From positions 50,253-108,271 of the forward strand of contig NMRA01000893.1 in NCBI GenBank assembly GCA_002633005.1: DNA of 58,019 bases, read 5' to 3'. The notes under the pieces were generated by a model. That model saw only the letters and a program-made list of their open reading frames with translations, made no database searches and was not told the DNA's origin. Shown one piece after another: positions 22,969-35,500 of this stretch. Within the stretch, counting starts at the first letter, position 1. Each line of letters opens with the position of its first letter. Made by a program: the position numbers and the translations under genes. Origin of the DNA: Phoronis australis (Eukaryota; Animalia; Phoronida).

Positions 22969-24619
22969 GTAAGTACGTTCTGGTTGTCGAGATGTGGATT
23001 TGATTTGAATTGTTGTATTTTATTCTTCCATCCTTATGGTGTATGACGTTGTTTGATTCAACGTTCGGAAATTATTGGACAGCCGGTGTCGTGTCCAATA
23101 ATGCATCCTGTCCAATAATGCATCCAGAGCTGGTTTGCGTGGTCTGCGCATGCGCTAGTTTTTCGGCTTCCGGTTTTTGCGCAATAATGCATCCAAGCAG
23201 TCCGCTGGGTATTCGACTTATTATAAAAGCATCATTTGTGCCTCTTATGTTGTTTATTTTGGAAAANTTTTGTGAGACCGTGGTGGGAGTAATGTTAGGC
23301 TGATTTGTTTGAAATTTGTTTTTCTTCGAAATCGACTGACCCACAATAGTCGTTGAATGCAGCTGCAAATACTGTATAGCACCCACTGTGAAGTCTACGT
23401 TCACGAATGAACCGTGCCGTGCGTACCATGGCCATGAATGCATTGTTTAACATTTTAATTGGTCCCAGCTATTAGGGCAATTAAAACCTGACATAAGAAT
23501 ACATTTTGTGACAGGTACATGTACGTTGGCAGGCAAACATGCATGACAGTCAGGTTACCTCAGAACGTGGCTTATTCCCCGCCTGCGCCGCTTAGGCTAC
23601 AACTGTTCCCGCGAAGTTCTGCGCACCTCCAACCACTGCTCAGTGACAATTTGAATATTATTTTTATTGAAAAGAACGGATTGTTGAATTCTGTTACTGG
23701 TGTTAGCTATTTGTGTTCAAATGTCTATTCAGGCACCTGTTGCTACGTATTTGATCTATCCGTGCGGATCGAGAATTGAACCTCGTGGTTTGGGCAGTCA
23801 AGTAACGTACGGAGCGGATGTATAGATTTTGGTTCTGAATGCACGATTATACTACTGTTATGGGTTCAGTGAGTTCAATGCCATGCGTGTCTCGCGGCGA
23901 GAAAACTCTAGCCAAATGCAAAATCACGTGCTCTCATCGAAAATTATATGATGATATCTGTCGGAATCGCGCATGATATCTTGTTTTTCTATACGAGGAA
24001 CTAGCGTTGAACTCTAATTTGTTCTTAAATACATTAATTTTCGAAATAGACTTGAGAACAAATTGAATATCAAAACATTTCTACGCAAAACTACTACTGA
24101 TTTATTGTCGGCTAGAATCCGTTTCAATTCTGGCTAAATCTCGACGAAATTCGAAAGGTGTACTGTTGTTGCGAGCCAGTAGCTGTTGAAACATTGCGAC
24201 ACCTTGTTGCACAACTCCTCTTCATCAATGAACAATTAGCGGCTACTAGCGCAATCACGCCACATTAAAATCCGAAATTTTCGACAAAAACGTTGTTTTA
24301 TTGCGACAAAAGTTCGACCTAATTGTCAAATAGTTTTGACACGATGTTTATCAAAGTTTGCCAGAGTTCTGTCGAAGTCTGTCAAGTTCGTTGTGAAAAA
24401 TACTCAGTGAAATGGCAGTTGTTCCCCTATACCCGAGAAAGCACTTGTTTTAGCATGGAACAAATTGAATACAGGCATTAACCATTAATTGTATACTTAA
24501 AAAGATTCTTGTTATTGATAAACAGGTTCACCTTGGTTTTAAACCCTCCGTCAATCAACGCCATAGTGTGCCAATGATTTTGCGTCATAATCATAACACT
24601 TCCCTTTAATTTCTTGCAG

Positions 24620-26620
24620 ATGGCCCATTGCAAAAACGTTGACGAATTCCAACGAGTTCTCGAGTGTCCAATATGTCTTGAACGCATCAGGGACCCACGA
24701 ATCCTCTCGTGTCTTCATTCATTCTGTTTCAAATGCATTGAACAACATGTGGAAGAGAAACAGACGAACGATTCTTTTCCGTGCCCTATGTGTAACCTTG
24801 AGTTCCCAGTCCCACCAGGCGGCGCAGCTGAGTTCAAGAGTAACCTCTACCTTGTGAACATCGGCGAACTTTTTCCCGAGTTATCTGATCTGAAGTGTGC
24901 ATTGTGTTCTCTTAAAGGCTCTAACAGTGATGTCGACTCAATGTGCATCCAGTGCAGAGAATATTTATGCCAAGAATGTCGCCAAAGCCATTGTTTAAGT
25001 ACATGCACATTTAACCACACAGTCGTTAGTTTGGATGAGATTAGAAATGGCCAACATTTTGAAGAAGTTCGTCAGTTTAAGAAATTTTACTGTTCCAAGC
25101 ATCCCCAAAAGCTTTTGGAAATTTATTGCATTGATTGTATGAAGCCTTTATGCCTTCTTTGTGCAATGCTTGATCATAAACAGCACGATATGAAAAACGT
25201 AGAAGAGGCAGCGGCGGAGAATTGTGACGTCCTGCGAAGGTTGTTGGGTGTTTGGAAAATGGCCAGCGAACATTATGCAAAACTGTCTTCTGAAAGGAAG
25301 ACAGTGTTGGAAAATCTTGGTGAAGACGAAGAACGAATGGTTAGGGAAATTCATCAGGTGTATGAATCATTCAAAGATGAAATTATCGTTGAGATTGATT
25401 TGAAAATGAACGAATCGATAGAGAGCCTTAAAGTGGAAGTTGGTACTGCCCGGAAACAAGCTGACGCTGCTTACAATGAGGCGGAATTAAGCAGGATATC
25501 GACTAGTGGCACTTTGAAGTACGTGGAAGACCTTCTGGATTCAGGAAATGACATTGAGAAATTGCAGCAGTTCCACGAATTGAAAACCCGGCTTTCGAAG
25601 TTGGACATAGGCGATTTAGAAACTATCGTAACGAGGCCCGTGTTGAAGTTGCTCTCAGATAACCTGACGATTTCTGATTTGTCTGTTCCAACTGTGGCTA
25701 CGTTTGAAGAGAATAGAATTTTCTCCACGGCGGCCGAATCGTTAAGACACCCTACTCTAAAAGAGAATGCATTACAGACGGGTTGTCGGACTACGCGTTG
25801 CCCCAAAGAAGAGGAAAGTTGCTGCAGCGGAGTGGTCGTAAGTGGCAACACTATCATAATCACTGATTATGGAAACAAAAATGTTAAACTTTTCGATATA
25901 AATGGTGGTAACTACTTGCTGGAGGTGAAACAAGACCAGCATAAGTTGCAGGATCCTAATGATGCTGCTTGTAACAGCAGCGGTGAGATATTTGTTACCG
26001 ATGATGGCGAGAAGTGTATTGTTAAGTACAACGAGAAGGGCGAGGTAATAAAGGTCAGTGCCTCAAAAATGTACGCTGAGGATGCACACGTCACCTGTCA
26101 CGGTAACCAATTGTTTTTGTCGGATTACGAGGGTGGGCGCATTGTGGTTATGGATTTTGACTTGAATGTTGGAAAGGTTATCGACGGAGGCTCTCGTGGA
26201 CCTGACGAGATGAAACCAGATTATGTGTGTACCAACAACGAAGGCCACCTAGTAGTGAGTGACTATGGTAACGGTCGTGTGCTTGTGATTGATCACGAAC
26301 AGTCGAAGGTCATCTCAACATTCTCAGAGTATTTGGGCGAATGTCCACGTGGTGTTTGTGTTGACGAGTGGGGACACATATTCGTTGCTGATAAATCTAA
26401 TAATCAGGTAGTGTTGATACCAGATCAATGTAGGGAATGTACAGAAATGGGTGATGGGAACCCTGAAGCTGCAGACAAACAGTTAAATCACGCGCGTGTT
26501 CTTCTGACCAGTGATGACGTTAGTGACCCGATTTCGGTGGCCATTACTGGTCGAGGTGAAATCGCCGTGCTAGAAGAAATCAGCGGGAAATTGAAAATTT
26601 TCCAGTACATGTGTGTTTGA
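24620..26620 (+). CDS. TRIM-NHL E3 ubiquitin ligase (RING, B-box 1, B-box 2, coiled coil, NHL repeats; no filamin domain seen), 666 aa
   Basis: C3HC4 RING CPIC...CLHSFCFKC...CPMC; B-boxes CALC...CIQC...CQEC...H and CSKH...CIDC...CLLC...H; NHL blades such as PRGVCVDEWGHIFVADKSNNQV. An acceptor ttcttgcag lies directly before the ATG at 24620. Confidence 0.95.
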   Translation: MAHCKNVDEFQRVLECPICLERIRDPRILSCLHSFCFKCIEQHVEEKQTNDSFPCPMCNLEFPVPPGGAAEFKSNLYLVNIGELFPELSDLKCALCSLKGSNSDVDSMCIQCREYLCQECRQSHCLSTCTFNHTVVSLDEIRNGQHFEEVRQFKKFYCSKHPQKLLEIYCIDCMKPLCLLCAMLDHKQHDMKNVEEAAAENCDVLRRLLGVWKMASEHYAKLSSERKTVLENLGEDEERMVREIHQVYESFKDEIIVEIDLKMNESIESLKVEVGTARKQADAAYNEAELSRISTSGTLKYVEDLLDSGNDIEKLQQFHELKTRLSKLDIGDLETIVTRPVLKLLSDNLTISDLSVPTVATFEENRIFSTAAESLRHPTLKENALQTGCRTTRCPKEEESCCSGVVVSGNTIIITDYGNKNVKLFDINGGNYLLEVKQDQHKLQDPNDAACNSSGEIFVTDDGEKCIVKYNEKGEVIKVSASKMYAEDAHVTCHGNQLFLSDYEGGRIVVMDFDLNVGKVIDGGSRGPDEMKPDYVCTNNEGHLVVSDYGNGRVLVIDHEQSKVISTFSEYLGECPRGVCVDEWGHIFVADKSNNQVVLIPDQCRECTEMGDGNPEAADKQLNHARVLLTSDDVSDPISVAITGRGEIAVLEEISGKLKIFQYMCV

Positions 26621-27689
26621 TTTCACAGCCAGAAAATCACATGGTTGCAGACAGTTTGGCAAAGGTAAACAATCACATTGGGTGTATGTGATGTACAGTA
26701 CATGTTTATGGAGAAGCGGAATCAGTGACATGCACGTGTGCCTAGTAGTTTATTGACTGCCACGGTATCGACAAGTATTTATCATCTTGTATTGAGACTG
26801 TGTAACGAAAGGTTACTAGTTAATGTCATTATTACGGTTAGTACACTCAGCGTTTTGAAATTATGTTCAGCTTAATTGACTAACACGTGACATGTGCTAA
26901 AGTGTGGACGAGGGATTTGTTCACACTCACGGGCGCGATGACTCCTGCACAGTTACGTTATGACTCTATTCAAAGGATATCTTCTTGGTGCTGGTTCTGT
27001 AGGGTGTAGCAATTGTTAATGACCACACCTACTGTACATGTATCATGATGTTCGACATCACTGAAAGGTTAAAGGCTAATTTGAAGTTTTATGCTCAAAA
27101 CGTGCGCGCACCCAGCTCAGAAAATGGGGGCTCGGTTTTTTTGAGAATGTAGACCTTTTACTAAAAAAAGACTGGCAAACAGTGTACGTTCCCAGCTATA
27201 AATTGTACATTCGCCGAATTAAGGTTGTTCCTGCCTTTTTAATGGACTTTTGTCTCGGTTTTCTATATTTTCCGGAGTTTTTGTTTCCCTGAAGCGGAAC
27301 TGTTTTCCCACTTTGACAAACAGTGGGCTCGTTCGAGCCCCTGAGCTCACTCCCACCTCCTGGGTGCAAAGACGCGGCGGCCATTCTGTCACGGCTACGG
27401 CTTCCGTTATTTAGGTTTTTCCCAAACTCAAAGTTAAAGAATATCCAAGCACAACTTGCTTTAAAGTAAAAGGTCTAAAATTAATTGTTTTAGCCATTGA
27501 CGGGAATCTGAAAGATGTCTCCGATATAAGCTGGTGCCATTTTTTAGTTATCCACTGCGACAGCTGTAGGAAATTCCTTTACGATTGTGCCCCGCTGCCG
27601 TGCTATTCGCTGGCGTGCAAAAGATTCATTATTGGACGGACGGACCCACTCGTCAGTACCGCAATTCAGTACCGCAATAAACAAATTTT

Positions 27690-27806
27690 CTTCACAGTGG
27701 CATATCACAGAGATTTATGATATTGATGCCAAGTGGATTTTGTTTGAAGTTGGCCACGGCAAAGGTCCGTGCGATGGACTTGGTGGAACGACAAAGAGAA
27801 TGGCTA
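27690..27806 (+). mobile_element. DDE transposase fragment (Chapaev/CMC-like)
   Basis: WILFEVGHGKGPCDGLGGTTKRMA resembles the HGKGxxDGxGGxxKR motif; family assignment from memory. Confidence 0.6.
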
Positions 27807-29152
27807 ACGTGTATTTTTGTTTGCCTTCCGTCGTCATAAAGCAGATTGAATAAGTGTTTTCACCAAATATATTTTTTGTTGATTTAAATGTTTTTTACGA
27901 TGTTGCTTACTCTAATAAAACGTTATGTTTTTATTTTTCTATGTATGTGCTTGGCATCGTACATTTCTGGTAACAGATTTGTACATTTAAGTACCATTTT
28001 TAAGAGTTCAATAAAAAGAACCCTTCGAGATAACTTGCTACTTCATGACCCTAAAATAGCACTTCATTTTGATGAGTCAAATTGGACAATAACGAATAAA
28101 CTTTATTTTTAGGAATTTTCATTTCGCGTTTGGTCATTCTTATTGAGAATGAACGTTTTACGCAACCACCGGTGAAATCGGAAATGGTTGTCTCTATCAT
28201 GCAGTTAAATGAAACAGTGAAAAGGGGTTTTATGTACTAACTGTAGCTAATTATTGGTGCACGGTGTTAACGAAACTCTTTGAAAATATGAATTTTGTTT
28301 GATCTTTGTGTGTTTTGTTTAAAAATGCGCTGTGGTTCCGTTTACTACGGCAAGCCAACATTGCCAGCCGATTAGAACGACGTCTTTCGTGAAAATGCTG
28401 TGGTTGGTCTTTTCCTCTGACATCAGCAAAATCGCTTTGAACATATGACTTTTCTTTGTTTTCACGATTTTAGAACTGAATTTAAGACAAAAGTCAAGGC
28501 CGTGAGTTAAATCGTCGCAATTTGAAGGTACAGCCATGTCACCTTGCATTTGCATTTTATAAAATTGCCATGTTTAAAGGTATTATTTAACTGCGTCGGA
28601 CTACGTCGCAAATTACAGAAAATAAATTTAGGTATTAAATTTTTCCGTTTGAAGAAATTATAAGCGGCATTGCGTTAAAATTCGTTTCGAGAAAAGTTAA
28701 ACTATGGTGAAGGAAGAGAGTTTCTTTAAACTCTTCACGTGTGCTGGCCGGCATGCAGACAGTAAGTTAGATCTACGATAATTTTACCCAAAAAGCCTCC
28801 CGTCGGGCCTGACTCATCAGTGTTTAAAATGGAGCCAATGTGCAACGAACGTATGTGTCAAAACACCATGGCATCAGTGCTGGGCACTGACGAGTCTAGT
28901 CTCGTAGAAAAACAAACCGATCTAGTTGTGACCCCGGAGGGTAGAACCAAGCCGAATTTGTGCGACAGTTATTGTCTTTACAAAGTATTTCAGATTTGAT
29001 TCCTAAACAGTCTTTTATTCCCACATGTGAAAAACGTCTGGTACTACCAGGAAAAGCGACCCGGAAAGAACAAATTACTAAACATCCTGGTTGAGACACC
29101 GTAAACAACTGAGCCGAATGAATTTCTGGTCACAGCATAGGCGAGCACTATC

Positions 29153-29525
29153 ATGGCGGGAATTGGTATTTGTTTCTTCGTATGTTGTATAATACTGCAC
29201 GGACTAATTTTTAGCGGTATTCACGCGGAGGTTCCACGTAACACGAACACTGTAGTGTGTGGCGAGGAGTGCTATCAACCTTGGACACAGTGGGAATGCG
29301 TATTTCGCGTGGTTCGAATGCGAACCAGGCAAGTTCTGTTGGACCATGACCGACCCAGTCATTGCAGCGATCGATGCCTGGCCACTCAAATTGCTACTGG
29401 CACGTGCTTCGAGGAAAACGCTGAGCCGATAAATTCCGCTTCGCTGGAAGATTTAGTAGATTTTGTGTCCAGGTCCTCGCTCCCCGAACATAACCACACT
29501 TATACGACGTCATCGCCATGCTCTG
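29153..29525 (+). CDS. Protease exon 1: signal peptide and TSP1-like domain
   Basis: MAGIGICFFVCCIILHGLIFSGIHA|EV; CYQPWTQWEC...RMRTRQV...C...C...C (WxxW and RxRxR); donor g|gtacgt. Confidence 0.8.
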
Positions 29526-32500
29526 GTACGTAAATGATAGATGTACATGTATACGCCATGTGTATTGTCGCCCATGTTCTTAGTTCCAATGTAAATGTGC
29601 CCATTTATTTTTTCTTGATAACAGATTAACAAGTAATAATTCAAGTTCAAATGTATCACAGTCTTATTTTCGTAAAGACTGGCATTTCACTGGCCATTTT
29701 CATTAGTGTGCTAAAATACAGTGTAGCGACCTCGTTCATTAAACTTGTGTCATCTTGTCACTTACCCAAACTATAGAAGCCACGTGACGTTTGACGTACG
29801 ATCACACATTATAATCTCAATATCCATCTTGTCAATCACCTGCTTGTCGAATGTACTGTGAGCGCATGTCAAATATTCTAACTGTATAGCAATTTATTCA
29901 ATAATTTGATGTTGCATGTTCGTTGTTCTTTTTATACTGTTTGTTTACCAGAGTTAATTAAACCCAGTAAAATACGCTTAGCGCCTAGCCGGCCATGACA
30001 GCTAGTCTGCCTCAGTTGTTATTCAATCGTTGGCGCAGGACTGGTACTAGTCCGAGAAACTATGTTTGTATGTATACGGCATTCAGGATTTGAACCATTT
30101 ATTCCGATAAAACAGCCATGGACGGCATGCCTTCGTCTTGTGTCAGTGCGAGTGGTCTCGATCGGCTGCACCGCCTGGGTCATCGTCTGCAGGTCCGAGC
30201 CCGGCAAAATAATTTCGGTCAAAATTTATTTTGCCACATTTAGTCAACATTCTCAGTACAAATTGTCCTATTTTGGTTTTATTAAAGTTGAGGTCCGCTG
30301 TCGATTATTTTATCCCCGTTTGCAGGCACTGGTCAGTCCAGTCGCAGAGCCAGCATGGGTTCTGGAGTATAGTTGTACTTCCGGTTTCGCGGTTAGTTCA
30401 AATCGGCGGTGTGATCTTCCGGTTGAAGTCGTGAGTGACGCGTTTATTTAAACTTTCTTCGACTACGGATTGTGTGTTGGTTATGGGATAAGTACTGTGT
30501 GGTTCCTTATTATCATCTTCGAACCATTCAAAGGTTAAAAACGTGTGCTTCTAGGAATTTATGGCTCCCCAATTCCTAGCCCAAGATCTCAACTGTCAAC
30601 AAATTTCTGCTTAACGTACTCGTTGTTCTTGCAGCCAGCAAAACAAGTTTTTCTATTAAAACTAATCCCATCTATCTACTTGAAAGTCACACACCATATG
30701 TAAATCAGGTGACATTACCGTTTTTTTAACTGCATGCGCTATGTCCGAGACGCGGCATTGTTCAAAAATGTTATGTTCAAGTTTTCCGCACAAAAACCCA
30801 CGTACCAATTTGATAGGCGTATAAAGCGAATGATGTAATGCTTAATGTTGCCAGTCAAAGGGAAGGTCGTTCAAGGTCAAGGAAGCATGCAACTCAAGAA
30901 AAATACTAAATTGTATTATTCAGAGTGGTTCTCTGCCACTGAAACAGAACTGAACCTTCACAACAGGTATTTTTACTGTTTGTTCTCAAAGATATTGAAT
31001 TTCTATTGATGTCAAAACATTTTCCTTTACGTGTAGTTTCAAATTTCAAAAACGATCTTTCTTCGGGTTGTCTCATTCTTATCCCACAGAGCAAGGTGCG
31101 TCTCCTTTTAATTTGTGGTGGGTGAAGCCATAGACGTAGCACATTTCGCTAATAATATGGAAAATATGACTTTGACCTTTGTTGTAAACGAAACAGTGAT
31201 GACTTCAAGCATGCATGCGGTAGCCTGTGCAATTGATTAAGCACTAATTGTTTAAAATTAGTTAGAGGTGACCACAGGTTTTCCTTCGCAGGCGTTTCAA
31301 AAATCGCGAATTTTGTGATTTTATTCTGGAAATTCCCGCACAGGGAAAAGTGATCATAGCGCTGCAGCAGCCGTTACGAATAGTAATGTCTTCAGGAACT
31401 CATTGAAACATATTTTTTACGAGCTGTCGCTTTCCATGCCTCTTTAAATACTAACAGTAAATATCACCCAATGGGTAATTTGTTTACAATGCGAAAGCAC
31501 ACGTACCCACAAAAAATCAGTCTGCAATGCACCTTCTACTTCGCCTACATAGACACTATTTGGCAGTCTTAAGAGGTTACATGTACCTGTCCCAACCTAG
31601 AAATGTAACCTATACTCCCGAACACTATCAAGATATTGACTAAGAAGTTACCCTACTTCGTTTTAGAAAACCCTGCGACCTGCAGACCAGCGCAAGGTTC
31701 ATTGGATAGGAGAGCATCACCAGCGTCACACAACTTCAATCACTACTCGTGTGTCACCGATAAAGCTGAAGACAAAGAAGTTCATGTTATAGCCGTCTCG
31801 AGGGCTTCACCTTGGTCTTTCTTCGGACTGCGTCGGCAGCAAGTCAACGTGAGTAACGCAGCGTCACCCAGCGGAAGATGCGCATTATACCACTGTGCAC
31901 TGGTGCGCCGAGTCACGTCGATTTCCGTTGAAGACTCGTTCACTGCACAAGTCTTGGTTTAACGTCGTAAACCAATGATGCAGGCGTGTACTAAATAGCA
32001 AGGCTTTGTTTTTTGCAACCTTAAAATGGGACTACATATAACTGCTACCTACCCGCATAACACGCCAATCGAGTCCCGCAGTCGATGTCGATAGTGCCAG
32101 TGCCGGGTTAAGATTGATGAAGGGATGTTCCTGCATTGTCTTCCGTGAATGACTGACCAATACGCTCTTCTTTAGTTAACTACCCAGCTTATCAGATCTA
32201 TTGATAATAATTTGAAAATTGGGGGATGTGAGAAAAAACAATCAAAAACAACACATCCGCCGGTGTTATCAAATTTGTTGTCAGCTCCAAAATTCAATTA
32301 CAATTCGTCTTTGAGAAAAACCTTACCAGAATTAAAGTGGCAATAAACCGTTTCGCCGAAAAAAATAATTTTTATTTAGATCACTAGTTCCGCTATAATG
32401 AAATTAGGTCAATTTGTTCCTTACCGTCTAGTGCGATTATACTTGGTTTTGTAAACTAAGCATCAACAGTTCGCCGTTGCTCGGGACCGTGCTTAGCGAA

Positions 32501-35500
32501 TAAAGTGACACGCTGCAACAAGACAAGTTGCAATCTCAAGCGATAACAACTTGCCAGTTCATTCCAAGTTCAGGAACAATACATGTACCTGTGAAACAAC
32601 TGGAGGCCAGTAATATTTACAACAAATGTAAGCTCTGGCCTGTTACATACTGTAACACTCTTCCGGCATGGTCTTAAGAAACGTGATTTGTCTGCTCTGA
32701 TAAACTACAATGACAGAATTTTCGATTTTTTGACTGAAAGCGCTTTTCGTTGTGAAAATCAATCTGGTGGAAAGCGGGAAACAAACACGGTTGCTTTTTC
32801 TTGAAGGTTAACCTGGTGAAACTACCGGGAAGTGAAACGAGGCCTGTTGATCTCATTCTCTCGTCATCGCGTCAGCCAATCGAGTGGGTGATCACATGTG
32901 CAAGCAGCTCAATTATACTTGGAAATGTGACGCTGGTGAGTACATGTATGGTTCAGCACTCCACTAAGTAGTCCTTCGGTAGTAGCTTTTACGAATGCTT
33001 CAGGCTGAATGAAAGTTCTTCGTTTTACATTAAAATACTATAATATTTGGAAACATAGTAAGTTTTCTTTGTGACGTTATTTCGCCACCACTTGGTATTC
33101 CACACGAAATAGGCCACCACTCATTCTTGGCCGTCGGCCGCCGCGCCTAACAGAATCGCCGTACATGCATGTACATGTAGACCACCGGTATCCTATTTTT
33201 CCTTGCCTAAATTTATTTTCAATGTTTTGGCAAGTTGTCAGGATATTATTACTGCACATATATAGGAATTTTAATTATTTTTTTCTGATATTGCATGTTC
33301 GTTGTTATGTTTATACTGTTTACCAGGATTAACTTACTCCATGTAGAACACGCTTACTCCAGTCGAATAGACGGCCTTGTTATTCAATCTGAATCTCACT
33401 TCCCACTTTGCGGCAAATCTAAAATAGATATGACTCGGCTCAAGTTCGTGACATGTGAGAATGTTTATGATTTTTCCCTTAGGGATTTCGTTTGGATAAA
33501 CTCGTTGGTACTGATGGCTTTCTTACAACATGTTCTAAGCGCGTAATAAGGGTTAAAACGTACCTACTACATGTAGGTCTTTAAGACTATGCTTGGCACA
33601 TAAAATGACGCGCCGTGACAAGCCAGCTCGTAGGGCCTGGTCCGTGCTGTGTTGACCGGTCAGTTATTTCCAAGGTCAGTGAATTAATCTCCAATTTGAT
33701 TGAAGATCTACATGTATTTGAAAACCAATTTTTTAACGGTAAGTGCATGGTCTAAAAACAAAGTTTTTCAAGAAAAATTAGATAAATTCCGACTGTTCAC
33801 CCGTCTGTAATTACAGTTGTCACGAAATTCCCGAACTAGACACACTGTTGGCAGTAACTGTCAGAGGACGCCATCGCCAACTTCTGCATTGCTTGACTGG
33901 TCGGTTACCTATGATGGACGCCATAGTCTTGACAGAGCAACAGCTATTAACGGCTTCATCACATCTTTCACCGGGCAAAGAGAGGCGGAGGCATGGACAC
34001 TCTCTGTTGGAGTAGTCGAAGACGGCTGCCGAGAACGCACTGCAAGAAAAGAGGCTGCCCTGAATGCCGAGGAAGGTTGTTTTTTACTCCACGTAAAACT
34101 TTTTATTGCTTTTATCCAGTTGCCCATGTAATTTATCGTCTTGGAAATTTAGAATATTGCATTCAAGCAACAAAGTGTATTGCAACGCACTATGCAAACC
34201 TTGAGCAATGAACAGTGTTCGTTTTTGTTTTTGTTGGCAGTCAGAAGTCTGATGTTTCCACTCCGTTTGTCTTGCGTTGATGGAGAACTTAATTACGTTG
34301 TATTTTTCTGTTGGTATCAACAGATTCTGAGAATTGACGTCAATTCACCTGAGGCATTCCATCCCAAATACAGTAGGTCTTTACTGGTTATACAATGTAC
34401 TCCGTCTTCTTGCCACTTCGTAAGTACATGCAACTCTGGAGATGGTTTGCCAGCATTGACGAAAGCGATTACTCATAACGCTCAGGAACAAGTGCCTTAT
34501 GCATTCTCGTTTTGGAGTAACTTACCTGAGCTTTAGTATCGCCGAAACAATTACGAACGCAATGGCCATACATACTTAGCCTGCGATCTGTCGTAAAATT
34601 GCCCACTCCCACAGTAAATCACGTTCTTGCATGCAATATTGTCCTAGGTATACATTACTGAGCCCATATTTAACTCAAATAATTCTCCAGTGTTCCCTCT
34701 TTCCCAGTTGAGGAATGCATTACCTCCACGAGCTGTTGGGTGGAGTTCAACTTCAGGTACAGTCGAGTCTGGACGGACTGCCATGGGAGACGATTCGTGC
34801 ATTACAGAGGGGCGACAATTGGAAAATACATAGGAGTGGTTCTGTGTACGGAAAGCAGGTACATAACCATGTAGTTCTCTTTTTTCAAACCCCTATGTGT
34901 GTATTTAAACTTGGCCAACCCCGCCTTGTGCCTAGGGTAAATTTGATTTAGACCACCTGCCGTTCTAAATTCACTCTCGAATTTATTGATACCCAAACTG
35001 GAACTGCTTATTCCTGTCAAACCCAGAAATCACCCCTCACCCGAGGATGGAACATATTGGTTCGAGTAGAACTGTAAGTGACATGGATCATTTCTTTTTT
35101 GACAAAATGCGTGGTTTATAGCTGCTAAATCTCACATTTCGTAGCCATTTGCGAACCATGCGAACAACTTAAATTGGCTAAGAGTGAAACACTCTGGACG
35201 TGTAATTGCTCTGAAAAAAATACCAAGACATAATTAGCACCGTCAATTTTTATGAACAGTTCCACCATCACTCCTTCATCGCGACGACTTTCTGTGCACA
35301 TGCGGGGCCACAACGGGCATGGCACAAGCGGCAGAGTATTCTGTACAGTTCTCTGCCATCAGCAAAAGGCTAGTAGGGCGTACCGAAAGTATAGGCAGTC
35401 AGGTTTAAATCCCAGCAAATCGAAACCCGTGATTCGGATTTTTACTTGTCTTGTACACTAATTAAAATTATAAGCAACAATAAAAATGTGATTTTCTGTC

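Noticed and set aside
24614-24619. TTG start for the TRIM-NHL ORF
   Set aside because: ttgcag is a splice acceptor; the ATG follows at 24620.
28810-28816. AP-1 site TGACTCA upstream of the protease ATG
   Set aside because: A single 7-mer is expected by chance.
29905-33390. Similar segments near 29905-30028 and 33288-33389 as duplicated exons
   Set aside because: No shared open frame or donor; more likely an old dispersed repeat.
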